64,000 nt of DNA, taken from assembly GCF_001194135.2 (NCBI RefSeq), contig NC_068984.1:77516383-77580382 (forward strand), in the 5' to 3' direction. Positions 1-13,228 of this stretch are shown here, piece by piece. The stretch comes from Octopus bimaculoides (lineage: Eukaryota). The first letter of the stretch is position 1. Each line of letters starts with the position of its first letter. Below the pieces are notes generated by a model. That model had not been told where the DNA came from. It saw only the letters and a list, made by a program, of their open reading frames with translations, and made no database searches. Made by a program: the position numbers and the translations under genes.

Positions 1-155
1 ATGTCCGAGGTGCAGGCGCGTCAGTGAAACTCTCAAGCATGCCTTCGTTCATTGTGAGGAGTTGAGGGTGTTGATGACCTATGTCGAACAACTGATGTCG
101 GATGTGAGGAAAATCTGTCTGGAGAGGAAGTACTTGCCTCACAGCGTGCATGAGA
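1..155 (+). mobile_element. Tx1/L1-clade LINE ORF2 C-terminal remnant (CCHC region)
   Basis: Translates as CPRCRRVSETLKHAFVHC, the CxxC..ET..H...C motif at the end of L1/Tx1 ORF2. A related segment recurs near 1950-2010. Confidence 0.55.
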
Positions 156-802
156 AAAGATGGGAAAATGTAGTAAGAAAGTTGACCATGAATGGGGCCG
201 TACTGGTGTAGCCGGTCATAATGGCGAAGAAGGAAGAAAACATGTTACTGCCCCAAAAAAGGGGAAAAAACAAAGGTTCAAAATTGGCGGGTTGAATAAA
301 CAATCAGACCAATCATGTACAATTAATATATATTTTAACTTAGTTATATATTGTTTCAAATTATTTTTTAACTCATAACGACTTTCATTACAGTTTTCAT
401 CCACAAACATCAAGACTCCTCTCCCGTAATTTGTCAATTGTTTGTCCCTGCCCCCTTATCTATGTAAGCCCATTATAGGCCAATAAAGAAATCACTCTTG
501 CCTGTCGGTTCCTAGACATGCATCGAGTCACACCACTCGCATACACACTCGCACGCGCGGATGTTCGTTTTATTTGCTTTGAGACATGTAGATGCAAAAC
601 ATGTCCATGTGATGTTACAAGCTTTTCCTTCAATTAACCTTATATGTTAACGCATTACATCCAATAATAAATATGTTATGACTTATTACGAACGTTTTAC
701 AAATTCTTATTTTCTTGTCTTTTACATGCAAGATGGTGACCGCTCTTTCTCGCATGCAATTATAAAATTTATAGGATGTCACTTACTGACAATTACTACA
801 GG

Positions 803-865
803 TTGTACGCAAATGAGTTCATTAGTGGGGTCCGGAACTCTTGTGAGAAAAAAATTTCGCGTCCC
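803..865 (+). repeat. Dispersed copy of the gcaaatgagttcatta.tggggtccggaactc repeat
   Basis: Aligns by eye with 11867-11940 (+) and 11410-11483 (-). Confidence 0.8.
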
Positions 866-949
866 GAGCGGTACAAACTAGTTGCGCCACTGTTCGAACC
901 ACGTGCTGAGTCCACCAAGAGTATCTTCTCTCACCCTCCTAGCTGCAGA

Positions 950-2215
950 AACTTGGGCTGTTGAAGGACATACTGTTTAATCTGGGATGCGGAAGTATTG
1001 TGTTAGCATGCGCGGAAGACGTCACTGTAATGGCGTAGGATACCGCGTAAGTTGAGGTAATGGGCACCATTCTAGGAATACGTGGCAAAGATGTTAATCA
1101 TGAGCAAAGATTAACTGGGACAAGTCGACATGGATGTAACATATAGAGAGGTTTGTCCATACTATCGGACAGCGTAGTGTACTAGACAGAAAGACTTATT
1201 AAGTTACTAGGAATCTGGTTTGGTCCGGTCCTTCAGGTGGATAAGAACTGGGTTGAGACGGTAAACAGTGAGGCCAGTCACACCCAGAGATGGGATGTCT
1301 GGCATGAAAACTCAGACAGATGTGACGAAAGTATACATTACTTCCGTTATAATTTACCGCCTGATCGTTGTGCTTGTCTCAGTTTTTTTTCGACCAGACT
1401 GGAATGTCTGTTTTTCCACGCCATGTCGAAAGGAGGTGTTCAACTGATCAAGCGATCCATCTACTGCTTACAATCTCTGCGTGGAAGGCTCGATATACTA
1501 TGGTTGTTGATGTGTTGACATGCACTAAGGCTACGGAAGCTACAAAGATTATTTGTTGGTCAGCGGCTGTAGTCACCCTTTGTCATGTAGGTCCTTTCAC
1601 AGTTCATTTCTTTGATGGAGCTGCGCTTCTGGAAAAGACCAAAGCTGGACGCCTGACATCTAAATGTTGCCTGATGCCCACAGCCCTCTATGAATAAGGT
1701 CAATGCAGTCGGTGGAACTTCCATGTTAGAGATCTTCAGAGAACCAGTTGTGGGGAAGAGATAAGACGTTTTCGAAGGAAGTATGGAGGTTATGAATAGC
1801 GATGAGCATCAATGGTAGTCTAGTCCGGAGAACTTTCATCTGAGAAATTAAATATAATTTTCAGAAATTTCTGGCTTGGAGATGCTACTGTGGAGTACAG
1901 CCAGTTCGAGATAAACACTACAAACACTCTACAAGTGTCGCCTGCCGAACCTGTCTGAGATTCGAGAAAAGTAACAAAACCGTTTTGCATGCATTCACTC
2001 AGTATCTCAGCTGACATGTTGAGTTATCTTGAGTTTATCGGGAAGATTTCTCCACTGCTTTCTTGTAACTGGATTTCTCCACTGCCTTCTTGTAAAAGAA
2101 AGTGAGGATGGAAAGGAAGATGTTCTCTGCCAGTAAATTTGTAAAGAGTTAGTTAACAATAATAAACACAGTACGAATGAATGAGTTCACGCTAGACGGC
2201 AAAGCGATGATTTAC
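950..2215 (+). mobile_element. Decayed Tx1-like LINE (RT to 3' end)
   Basis: Frames give VLACAEDVTV (decayed YADD), KINWDKS, LLGIWFGPVLQVDKNW and KFLAWRCY..PVRDK..TVLHAF. Many stops and frameshifts. Confidence 0.65.
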
Positions 2216-3903
2216 ATTTAGGAGAGGGTACTTGATCTTATGTCTGAAGCGTCCGTTAAGTAGTCCTATATAAAGTCCTCTTCTCTAAAGACTACGTCAT
2301 ATATATTACTTAATTCTATTTATTGACAAAAACTATAGAAGTTGTTCCTTTTAAAATCAGAAAGCCATAGGATGCGGCTATCGCCGGACCAAAATTAATA
2401 ATTTCTAAAGAGGCCCTATTTAAAGACGTCTTGCCATTTTGTTTCATGTTTATATCGATGTTTTATCAATGCTAGATCGAAGTTTAAAATTAGAAATAAT
2501 ACAATGACACTTCCGACGAACGTTAACAAAGTTTGGTAGCTTGGAGCTCCTAACAGCACCACCTTAGTGCAGATCACTGAACTAATAACAGCAGACTCAA
2601 AATGTCTAACTTGTACTATGAATCAACATATGAGCTTTTAAGGAATTGATCAACCTTCAAGAAATAACAACCAGAGAAGGGTTTAAACAGCAGCAACAAC
2701 AACAACAACAACAGCAAAACATATATTCCATCACTGAAGTTAACGGGCAAAGTTCAAACTCAGCGATAATGAGAAAGAAGCCACGGAAAAAGGAAGCACG
2801 TAGTCGCTAGATCTACGAGAAATAGGAGTTGAATCTCACTCAGATTACTACTCCTCACTATCATAAAATAAGAAAGAAGACATTGTATAATGTAGTCATA
2901 GACATATAAAAACATCAGATGATTAAAGCTGAAACATCCTTGATCATGGATAATCAGAGGTTAAACAACGAAAATCAATAATCAAATATTTATCCTATGA
3001 TGTTTGTTTCATATATTAAAATGCCCAAAAATCAAAACCACTTCATCCTGAAGATAGGACTCTGAAGTTATGGAAACGTTAATAAATTTTGGTAGGTTAA
3101 TGCTGAAAGCAAACTGTGAAGAATTAAGAAGAAAATACAGCAAATAATCCTTAATAAGATTACGCAAACATGGTCTTATTAGAAAATGTTTAAAAGACTT
3201 TCGAAAGTATTTGTGGAAGAAGTAAAGAGTTAATTGACTCTTTCTTCCATATCTGCACTTAGAATAAATCATTGGCTAGTCAGTCCATTTCTTGAAATCC
3301 GAATCGGCTATACCACAGAATATCCAATCAAGAACATGAGTGGTTCGAATCTGTGTGGTAAAACGCCATCCATTAACAATTTTACTTTTAAAAAGATCTT
3401 ATTTTTATAGCGTCGTACTTAATTTTACTGGAAAGTAGATAGTGTCGTTCGCTGTCGGCCTACTGAAGAAATGTTGATGCCGATTTGTTGCTAACGAACA
3501 GGCGTACCATTATCAATATTCAGTTAAATAAACCAATAAACCACTACCAAATATTTCTCTCGAGTTTGTTTCCTTTACATGCCTCGAATGTAGATTTGTT
3601 TTTTGGGGGGCTTTTTTCAATGTATAGGCGGTTCGCTATAAATTTCACCAGGGACACAAAATAAATTTAATGAAAAAAAAACCAATTACGCAAGACGCTT
3701 CTGTTTGCTGATACTGTCTGTTATAGAAAATCAGCAAATTTGTAAAAAAAAAAAAATTCAAAATATGCGAAGGAAATTTTCGAATATTGGTGGTATATAA
3801 CAAAGCATTAAATATTAGGCAATTTTTCACACGCTATATAAGCCGTGTAGTTCTCACTCAGTGTATAAGACAGTGCTCAGCTTAACGACCGAGAGGCACA
3901 TAC

Positions 3904-4826
3904 CAGCGGTTGTAAATAATTGATTGGAACCTTTCCAATCAATTATTTTCCTAGCAATCAATTAATTTTAATTGGGATACAGGCCAATCAATTATTGCAA
4001 TTAATTGCAATTAAGTGCCAATTATTTTGCCGAACGTAAGAAATACCATATATTTTGGAGTGTTAGCTTCGATTTAGATAATGATAGGAAAATAAAAGGC
4101 ACGTCTTATAGTTTCAAAAAAGTTTCGTTATCAGAAAACGTTCCAAGTTCAATTTTATTGATTTAGAATAGGGAACAAACAACATGTATACTCTACATTA
4201 TACAATACAAATAAATTGAAGGTCTTTAATTGAAAGTGTCTCAAACGAGTAGCACAATTAAAATGTTCTACTATAGTAAAATGTCATGAACGATTGCAGA
4301 TTTTTGGAACTAGGTCTTCAACACATTCTCGGCAGTCAGAACCAAGAATCACTTGACAGTGATTATTTGACACCATACACAATAGCTAATTCCCAAACAT
4401 GACAGAATGTGTGAATCATTCTCGGCAGTCCTAACCAAACGTCAACACTCGACAGCGGTTATTTGACAACATACACAATAGCCACTTCCCAAGCATGATA
4501 GACTGTCTATCATTCTCAGCAGTCCGAATCAAGCATCAACACTTGACAACGTACACAATAGTCAATTCTTAAGCATGAGAGGATGTGTGAATCATTCTCA
4601 GCAGCTAAGACAAAGCGTCAACACAATGCCTCAAATAATTGAACGTCGAATGAAGTATGAGCCATTTGAAAAACTTTCGCTGACAATGTTGCAATTAACT
4701 GCAATTAATTGCAATTAATTGATACTATAGCAATCAATTATTTAATTGGCAGTACGACCCCCAATCAGTTAATTGGACCAATATATTGCAAGTAATTTTT
4801 CATCAATTAATTTTTTACAACCCCTG
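3904..4826. mobile_element. hAT-like non-autonomous DNA element (MITE)
   Basis: TIRs cagcggttgtaaataattgattg and the reverse complement of caattaattttttacaacccctg. Subterminal CAATTAATTG-like arrays at both ends. Imperfect flanking duplication gcacatac / gcacgcgtac. Confidence 0.65.
4324..4625 (+). repeat. Tandem repeat of about 93 bp, about 3.3 copies, inside the MITE
   Basis: Units begin cattctc(g/a)gcag at 4324, 4417, 4511 and 4593. Confidence 0.9.
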
Positions 4827-5387
4827 GCACGCGTACATCAATTCTTCGAGGAAGAAGATATACAGTACAAGATTGCGAAACACTATTGAAATGATGAACA
4901 TTATTGTTTCAAACTAAACATAACGTACATTAAGCAATGAGTTCGTAGATGGTTAATGGGTTAGATGGGTGCTGATAAACGAAAAAGAAAAACTCCTGAA
5001 ATATGTCATATATGCCCATTACCCATTTTTCATCGTCGACTCGTTGTTTACATCAGGCATCGCAGATACGAAACGTCGTAAGAAAATCGGTGCTGGCTAT
5101 AATTTCTATAGAAAATTCGTGGAAATAACCCCAACAAATGGTATAATAGCACTGCTAACACAGTAGAACACGGTACTGACTTACAAAAATGTTCAATATA
5201 CTTTGTAGTATATTATGGTTGCATAACAAAATACCGAGTCCCTACACGTCAATGATACTTATAAAGAATAATGAAAGTTAATTACAACAAAAGATTAAAT
5301 TCGAACGTGGCCGTGTCTTCAGTACAGTCTTTGGAAGAAAGCCAGCGTATGTGTACACGCGTGTGTACACGTATGTGTGTGCGTGTA

Positions 5388-5419
5388 AGAGAGAGAAAGA
5401 GAGAGAGGGAAGAGATAAG

Positions 5420-5452
<33 letters not shown>

Positions 5453-5690
5453 AGGAATACTTCCAATGCAAAGATTAGAGAGAAAAGACAACTGGATATT
5501 GCTGGAAAATGTGGTTTGGGAGAAAGAATTGAAGCGGGTACTAAACGTATTGACTTCAGTTTTGCAAATGATATAGCCATCTGTTATAACATTACTGAAC
5601 AACCAAAAGGAACATTACATATATATATATATATATATGTGTGTGTGGGTGTGTGGGTGTGGGTGTGTGTGTGTGTGTGTGTGTGTGTTT
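5388..5690. repeat. (GA)n plus (TA)n/(GT)n microsatellites
   Basis: Seen directly. They explain the RE-repeat and CV-repeat ORFs. Confidence 0.95.
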
Positions 5691-6399
5691 CTACAGCATC
5701 GATTAGTAACCGTTGCAATTGCAACCTTACTACACACACACACAATGAATTCCTTGTCTGGTACCACTGGGACCGGGGTGCCACCGGGTAACTGAATTTT
5801 CCAGATATCTTGTCATCACACTTTAAATTACCATAACACCTTACAAAACCCATGAAATGCCTGTATATATATACGTAAATATTATCATTGATCTTCTGTG
5901 TATAGCGAAAAAAATCGAAAAAACGAGAAGAAATAAAAACATAATTTTAGTAAAAAAAAAACAAATCCTAACCTAATTAAATTGTATTGTAAATGCAGTG
6001 ATGTAAAACATAATACTGTAAACATCTATTTTAGATACAGTAGAAGCTTAATTTCTGTTACCAACAATTAATTAACATAAGTTAGCACAAATTCTGTTTG
6101 CTCTAATTAGCAACACATTTTCCTCTTAATAAAATATACATTAGTAATTAGCACTTAAATTCACTTTACCACAATTTTTTTTTACACATTTCGCTCTCAA
6201 CTGTGTCTATAATGAAAATAAAATTATCTTTACTTCTTAAATATTTAAGCACTTAACACTAAACTGCATTATATAAAAATAGAAGTTATTCTTGTATAAG
6301 TTATTCGGGGAATGGGCGTGTTCATTGGCTGCTGAGGTTGAAAGTCCAGAGACGGGTAAGGTTTAAGAAGCAAGGAGGCAGGGTGAATTTGATGAGATA

Positions 6400-7060
6400 G
6401 AGAGGGGTCATATGGAGGAATCTCCGACATCAACTGTGAAAGATGTATCAGCGTCCGTATTGATGGATGGAATTTGGAATTTTTTTCCTGTAAATTTCTT
6501 CAGCATCTCCCGTATATCCGCTTGCCGACATGTCTTTGCTCTTTCATGAAGAAATTCATTCTTAACGACATGAAACTGCTTGACGCCATTTACATTCATG
6601 TACGTTGAATGCAAAAGAAATAAATATATCCAGCACTTTCTTTGCTGCCTTCCACAAAGCTTTAGATTCTGTTTCTTCTTACTCTTCATCTTTGTTTTCC
6701 TCGGTATTGGGGCCCAATACGAAAGTTATTTCTTCATCATTCAAAGATATAGCGATAGGAACATTGCTGTTAATATCAACCTAATCTTCAATTTCTTCCT
6801 CATTCATGCCTTGATTTTGTCTTCACCAGTGCACATATCTCTCTAATCACTTTGCATAACGGGTTGGTTCGAAAACCTTCAAAATCAACCTCACTCTACT
6901 CATCTATAAAAATTGTCATCAACCCCAATTTTCTCCAACAACGTCGACAAGTCTCAGTTTTTACACTATTTCATGAAAGAGATTGCGTAGATATGGCATC
7001 CTTCACATTGAAAATCTGCTGGAAATCTTCAATTGTTCCTTTTTCATAGCTAACCAAGTG
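6400..7060 (-). mobile_element. pogo/Tigger transposase C-terminal remnant
   Basis: Minus strand reads FNVKDAI...VKTETCRRCWRKL...EEEIED*VDINSNVPIAISLNDEEI, resembling Tigger C-termini. Interrupted by stops. Confidence 0.5.
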
Positions 7061-7269
7061 ACTCATGAAATCGTGACGTTAATACATTTTCAAATTTTGG
7101 ACGAGGCCTTAATCCATAGGCTGACTTAGGTATGTCGTATGTGAAGGTAAAACAATTCAAGAAATATTGCCTATGGAGAGCTCTTCAGAAGGTTGTGAAA
7201 CAGATAATCAACACCTCGTTTTTAAGACTAAATTAAAATTTAAGAAAGAGTTCTGAGAGGTCTTCAGAA

Positions 7270-9150
7270 ATTATCAGAAATAACAAAAATCGATTTACAG
7301 CTATTGATAACTTTGGCGGGTTTCCTAAAGAAGTATAGCAAAAAAGGAATGACATTGTTGATTAGGTAACACGAAACCATCTTATAAGAAGAAAGAGCAA
7401 GGACTAAATGGATTACAGCAACAATAGAAATTGCAGAAGAACGGCAACAGCTAAAAGCAATGAGAGATATTGACGAATTCAAAAGACTGAGCAGTAGATT
7501 CCGATGTGCAGCTAAAAAAAACAAAGAAAAGAAAACATAAAAATGATTAAATGAAGAAGTAATACAAAATAGCAGTAGAATATCAACAAAAAGGTTGAAC
7601 TAGAAATATCTTCAAGAAAATATAAGAAAGTACTGGAAAGTTAGTTCTTAGAATCGGATTACTAATGAACAGAAATGGAGAAGACATTAGTGAAGGAGAT
7701 ACTATTAAAACACGACGAGAAGAATATAGAGGTAGAATTTCAAGATTTATACATCAATGGAATGTGAAGAGGCACCAAACATAATGGGAACAGAGATATA
7801 TTGGGTTATTTCTGAAGTAGCAACAAAAAAGGCATCAGGTTGTAGTGATATTTAGAAGTGTTGAAAGTAGATGATAAAAATGTTATTATTAAAATATTCA
7901 CAAAACTTAGTTAAAGCATTTAGATGACGAGGCAATGGCGGAAAGGCTGAAAAACATTTAAATACAACCCTATTCCTTGGAATGGTGTGCACAACAATAT
8001 AATAATTACAGGACAGTCGACCTCATATTTCGTATAAGCAAGATCGTTCAGAAAATTATAAAAACGGCTTCATCCATCTTTGGAGATGAACTTAGCTACA
8101 GAACAAACTAATTTCAAGAAAGGAACGGCAACAAGAGACAAAACTGCAAACCTATGATAGAAATAGGAAATATCTAGGAACTACAGTCAAGTGTTCAATA
8201 TATGCTTCGTTGATTTACAGAAAAACTGTGGTGTGGATATCATTAGTTTGGGTGTAGCTGAAAGAAATAGGTATGCCGGAACATTTAATCCTCATACAAG
8301 ACCTTTATTCAGAGTAAGCTATAATAAAAACGATTCGGTGTCTAGAATTGCTAGACATCGAAAGACGAATTTGCATTTTCTTCTAGTACAGTATAAATAT
8401 CATGAGGAGAGAGTTAAAATGAAAGGGTAGACAACTGATAGTCTGAGATAACCGGATGATACAATTGGCAGTCTGAAATAACCGGATGACACAATTGGCA
8501 GAAAAGGAAGACTCTAACAAGTACACAAGAAAAGGTATGAAAAGGGTGTGCTAAAGTTGGATTCAAATTAAATATTACAAACAAACCTAAAGTTTTGTTA
8601 AATTTAAATATGAAAAGGAAAGACTAAGATTGGAGGTCGGACGATGAAAGCATGGACAAGTTTTCTCATTTTGAATCCAATATGGAAAAGCAGTTTAGTG
8701 CTGAAATAAAATTTGAAGAAAAAGAATAGCTATCGGAAAATCTGTTATGATGAGACTACAAAATATTGTGAAAGATAAGGAATGTCGCAAAAACCAAAAG
8801 AATATTGCTAAAAATCAATGATGTATTCAGTAATGTTGCATAATGGTGAATGCTGGACAATTAAAAAAAACAAAATGGAAGGAAAATTTATGCGCTCGAA
8901 ATGTTGTGTTGGAGATGATTAGTTAGAATAGCATGAACGGGAAGAGCAAACATATCTATACGGTAGCAAATGAAACTTGAAATTACGGTGTATGCATCAA
9001 ATGTCAAAGATTAAAATTTTTTTGGTCACATTATTATGAGAGACAGCATAAAGGCATATGTCAGGATAAATTGAAGGTAGAATAAGAAGGCGATCATACA
9101 TGCAGTGGATAGAAAAGATAAAGGAAGCAAGCGAAGTGACAACCGTGAAT
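7270..9150 (+). mobile_element. Decayed RTE (BovB-like) LINE
   Basis: Contains EQTNFKKGTATRDKTANL (cf. EQxGFRKGRGTRDQIANL) and VFSNVA..GECWTIKK...ALEMLCWR-like RT C-terminal motifs. Confidence 0.65.
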
Positions 9151-9194
9151 CCTACTCATCCCAAGGAATAGACAGAACTGGAGACAGAATAAGA

Positions 9195-9221
9195 TACATA
9201 AGCTGTAGATAGATAGCTAGC

Positions 9222-9283
<62 letters not shown>

Positions 9284-9477
9284 TGCATATATATGCAAGT
9301 GTGTATGTAGGTATGTAGGTATGTATGCGCGCGTGTGTGTGTGTATATATGTATATGTACACGTATACATACATGTATATATATATACATACATATATAA
9401 ACACATATCTATGTATGTGTGTGTATATATATATATGTATACACATACACACGCACACACACATACATACATACATA

Positions 9478-9518
<41 letters not shown>
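9195..9518. repeat. Compound microsatellite (TAGA/CAGA/TATG/TA/CA/GA)
   Basis: Seen directly. Confidence 0.95.
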
Positions 9519-9520
<2 letters not shown>

Positions 9521-9841
9521 GCGATAGGTAAAATGGGCCTAAAGAAAATCTGTGAAGATGTGAAAACACAACTACTTATTGATTAACTCTAAACAAGATC
9601 CTTTTCAAAACTATTATTATTATGATTCTGCAAACATAATAATTACATAGTATATTGTATGCTCTAATATATAATTATACTACACAGACATATTTTGATT
9701 TGCAGAAGAATTTTTTTCTTCCCATGTCATCATTTGTGTAACCTTCTTGTCCTTCTTTTCCTCTTTCTTTTCCCTCCTCTTCTTGAGATTTCCTATCATC
9801 TAAAACAAAAATGATGCACTGGGTAATGCAATTATAGATGC

Positions 9842-9843
<2 letters not shown>

Positions 9844-9881
<38 letters not shown>
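9844..9881. repeat. Poly(T) tract, 38 nt
   Basis: Seen directly. Confidence 0.95.
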
Positions 9882-9884
<3 letters not shown>

Positions 9885-10018
9885 AAAAAGACATAGGATA
9901 TACAAGCTTGAATGCATTTGATTGGCGCTCAGCTAAATCAGAGCTAAACTAGACTTAACAAAAAAAGAGAAAAAAAAGATTGTAAATAAATCAAGTGGAG
10001 TTACATCAACATCGATAA

Positions 10019-10235
10019 TGGTTTCAAATTTTGGCACAAAGCCAGCATTTTCGGGGGAGTTGGTAAGGCGATTACATCGACCATCGTCCTCGACTGGTAC
10101 TTATTTCATTGACCCCGAAAGGATGAAAGGCAAAAATCAACCTCAACGAAATTTGAACTCATAACAAAAAGACGGTCGAAATGCCGCTAAGAATTTTGCT
10201 CGGCGTGCTAAGGACTCTGCCAGCTTTTCCTTTCA
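10019..10235 (-). mobile_element. SINE family X (ggtttcaaattttggcac...gaaaggcaaagtcgacctc...gaatttgaactc)
   Basis: Homologous copies at 18662-18855, 18890-19075, 19255-19465, 20625-20836 (+), 21528-21715 and 56013-56210. B-box-like gagttcaaat on the element strand. Confidence 0.8.
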
Positions 10236-10289
10236 GCCTTTTGAGGTCGATAAAATAAAGTACAAATAAGTACTGTTTGCTTTCTTGCT

Positions 10290-10620
10290 TGATGGGGCTG
10301 GGGTCATCCCAGATTAGTAGTTCTATAAACGTGATCATGCGTAGAGCCGACCAGGTCCACCAGTGCTCTCTGTCGCTGACGGTACTGTGCCAGCCCCTCT
10401 ACATCCTCCAAAGTGACGTCAATCCTCTTTGCCAAGGAGATCGACCGCATGTGTGGTCTGGCTGCTGGGGTCACGTACTTCTTATGAAATCCCCTTTGGG
10501 GCCACTGCTCTATCTGCCAGAAAACGAAGCTCCGCATCTACAATGCATCAGCCCTCTCTATTCTCTGATATGGAGCAGAAACGTGGCCCCTCTCAAAATC
10601 AAGTACTGGGCACTAAAATT
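10290..10620. mobile_element. RTE LINE 3' fragment with an internal inversion
   Basis: 10290-10480 on the minus strand reads RIDVTLEDVEGLAQ..QRALVDLVGST (RTE C-terminus). 10484-10620 on the plus strand reads KTKLRIYNASALSIL*YGAETWPL (upstream part of the same ORF). Confidence 0.7.
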
Positions 10621-11252
10621 TCTGGCCTTTCACCAAGATTTATAATTATTGCTATTTCTACTTCTAGCACTTTAAAAAAACAAGAACTTGAAAAAAATCA
10701 AGCATATTTGTCCTTAAACAAATATTGTCGTGCATTACTCAACTTCTAAAAATTAAGAGGTAAGTGTTTCTGAGATAGTACGTATATACCGATGTCTATT
10801 TGTATATCTACCAGAAACATTTTATAATTTTTGTATGAAAATATCTTTTAGCTATTGAAATAAACTTAAAATTAGGATGATAATGATGAAGAACACTGAC
10901 GGCGATCACCGTTGCTGCGTAACCTATCAGTATTACTGCCCAAATATCGTTATATACCGAAAACTCCGTGTCATGTCCACGACTTATTGCTGTTTTGTGA
11001 ATTTTATGTTTATCACAGTGTAGGGTGCGTTATTACACAAAAATTTTATTGTCCAGTTTAGTATGTGAGGAGGAGTCAAAACAACTGATTGATGAATGAG
11101 AAGACACCGAGGAAATGCATATCTACCAAATGTGATAAAAATGAATGCGACTAGAAGAAATATGAAATTCAAGGTATTGTCAGAGCAAAACGTTAGTGTT
11201 GCCAGTTGATGAAATGGTAGGATTTAGCAATGCGTAAAAGGCATTCATGAAA

Positions 11253-11418
11253 GCGCGTAGTCTAATTGTTTAGATGTTGAACTCATGATCGCAAGACAAT
11301 GGTTTCGATTCCCAGACTGGCGATGCGTTGTATTCTTAAGCAAAACACTTCATTTTACACTATTCCAGTTCACTCATCTGTAACTAGATAACTCTGCGAC
11401 GGACTGGCGTCCCGTTCG
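11253..11418 (+). mobile_element. Degenerate tRNA-derived SINE
   Basis: B-box-like ggtttcgattccc. The head resembles the SINEs at 16491 and 49247. Confidence 0.55.
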
Positions 11419-11940
11419 CCAAATTTTTCCCCACGAGAGTTCCGGACCCCAGTTATGAACTCATTTGCATACAGCCAAACAGAGCTCAGCTACCAAACTA
11501 ATTTATGAGCGCATAACAAGTGATAGGCGATAAGATAAGGTCACTTGAGCAAGGAATGACCATGCTTCTTTTCACTTTTAATAATGCTTGTTCATGTTCT
11601 TGTTTCAACCATAACTGCCTCTGTGTAATTATTTGTATTGTTTACTTTGTAAAACAGTAAGGGGAGAGGGTTACTAGCACATCTCCCTCCACCCACATTT
11701 TTCCTATCCACATCGATAATAGGTATAGATGCAAATCTATCTAATTACTTGTCTCCTCCTAAAATCAGGCTTAACATGGCGATCGGTCGACTTACAATAC
11801 CGATCTTCGTCTTGAGTTTACTTGGTAGTGTGTGTTTGTTTATTTGATAACAAGATCAAGGTGAGATCTGATTGGCTGCCAGCAAATGAGTTCATTACTG
11901 GAGTCCGGAACTCTCGTGGAGACAAAAATTTCGCGTCCGT
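11410..11940. repeat. Inverted repeat with 70-80 bp arms around a 380 bp spacer; possible foldback element
   Basis: The reverse complement of 11410-11483 aligns to 11867-11940. Confidence 0.75.
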
Positions 11941-12402
11941 TCAGGAGGCGTGTCGACTTACCCGCCGAGCCAGGCATCCATTGCACAAGAAATGACTCTG
12001 GATCATGAATATAGAATATTAAAATTTTATAAATTCGTAATATGTACATGAAAAGAAACTTGCTTTGAAATGGACCAGATAGGATGAAGTTCTTGTAGCT
12101 TTTGTTATTGTTCTTGTTCTCATTCGTCTCTATCCATTTTCCACCTTTTCATTCATCAATGTTGTTTATAATTTATCCAGTAGGTTTCGGGAAAATTTAC
12201 TAATTTACAATATATAATTATGGGTTTTCTCGGAGCTTAGAAAGTTTCGATTGAATAAGCAATCTCATTAGTGAGACGAAATATAATTTGATGACAGTGT
12301 CCAATTTAATCAGAGAAAGGAACATACAAAAACGCCATTAACACCCAGTTCATTCAGAAGATCAGCTCGAGATTTTGAACTGTAAATAGACATAGCTCCA
12401 TC

Positions 12403-13075
12403 GGGATCTCTTCAGTTTGGCTCACAGACTTTTTAATTAGTTTTTTTTTTTCAACTAAACAGTTCGAAACTTCGTATATCGGTGTAATTTCTCACGCTGA
12501 ACACGGTTTACTTTCAACATTTTTGACAAAATTTCGTATTCTAGAAGTTATTTCATGTTAAAGTTATCGTATTTGGGTAATTTTAACCAATCAACGACGC
12601 GTATTCAGCTGGAGAAACCTACTGCTGTTTGCGATGGTAATCGAAGAGCAACAACTTCCAGGCCATCTTCACTAAATATGCGCTATCTCTCCTACACCTC
12701 TCACTCTCTCTAACATACTCTCTATCTCATTTCTTTGAGTATCATCCTATATTTCATGCACCCCTAGCCAAGCCAGAGAACACACTGTATAATCCACACA
12801 TGGTTGAAAAGTACATTTAGTACAGATGACCCGGAAGTTGATGCTCTTTGATTACTATCGCAAAAAGCTGTAGGTTGAATACGCCTAGTTGGTTGGTTAA
12901 AATTACCCAAATACAACAACTTCAACACGAAATATCTTCAAGAAAACGAAATTTTATCAAAAATGTTGAAAGTAAACCGTGTTCAGCGAAATTACACCAG
13001 TATACGAAGTTTCAAACTGTTTAGTTAAAAAAAAGAAATAATCAAAAAATCTGTGAGACAAACTGAAGAGATCTC
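12403..13075. mobile_element. MITE with about 205 bp TIRs (PIF/Harbinger-like)
   Basis: 12403-12609 is an inverted copy of 12874-13075. ATC flanks both sides (12400-12402 and 13076-13078). Confidence 0.75.
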
Positions 13076-13123
13076 ATCATCGTTCCAAATTAAACGTAAG
13101 GGATGAACAAGGAAACTTTATAT

Positions 13124-13228
<105 letters not shown>

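Noticed and set aside
3455-3510. Possible second hammerhead (CTGAAGA 3463-3469 ... GAAC 3496-3499), perhaps a Penelope relic
   Set aside because: GAAA is incomplete and I could not build stems I and III.
5271-5853. ORFs rich in RE, CV, HT and YI repeats (also 9156-9569, 43372-43890, 45762-46301)
   Set aside because: They are translations of microsatellites or low-complexity DNA.
8437-8500. Two 30-bp direct repeats (gtctgagataaccggatgatacaattggca)
   Set aside because: A local duplication inside a decayed RTE with no further structure.
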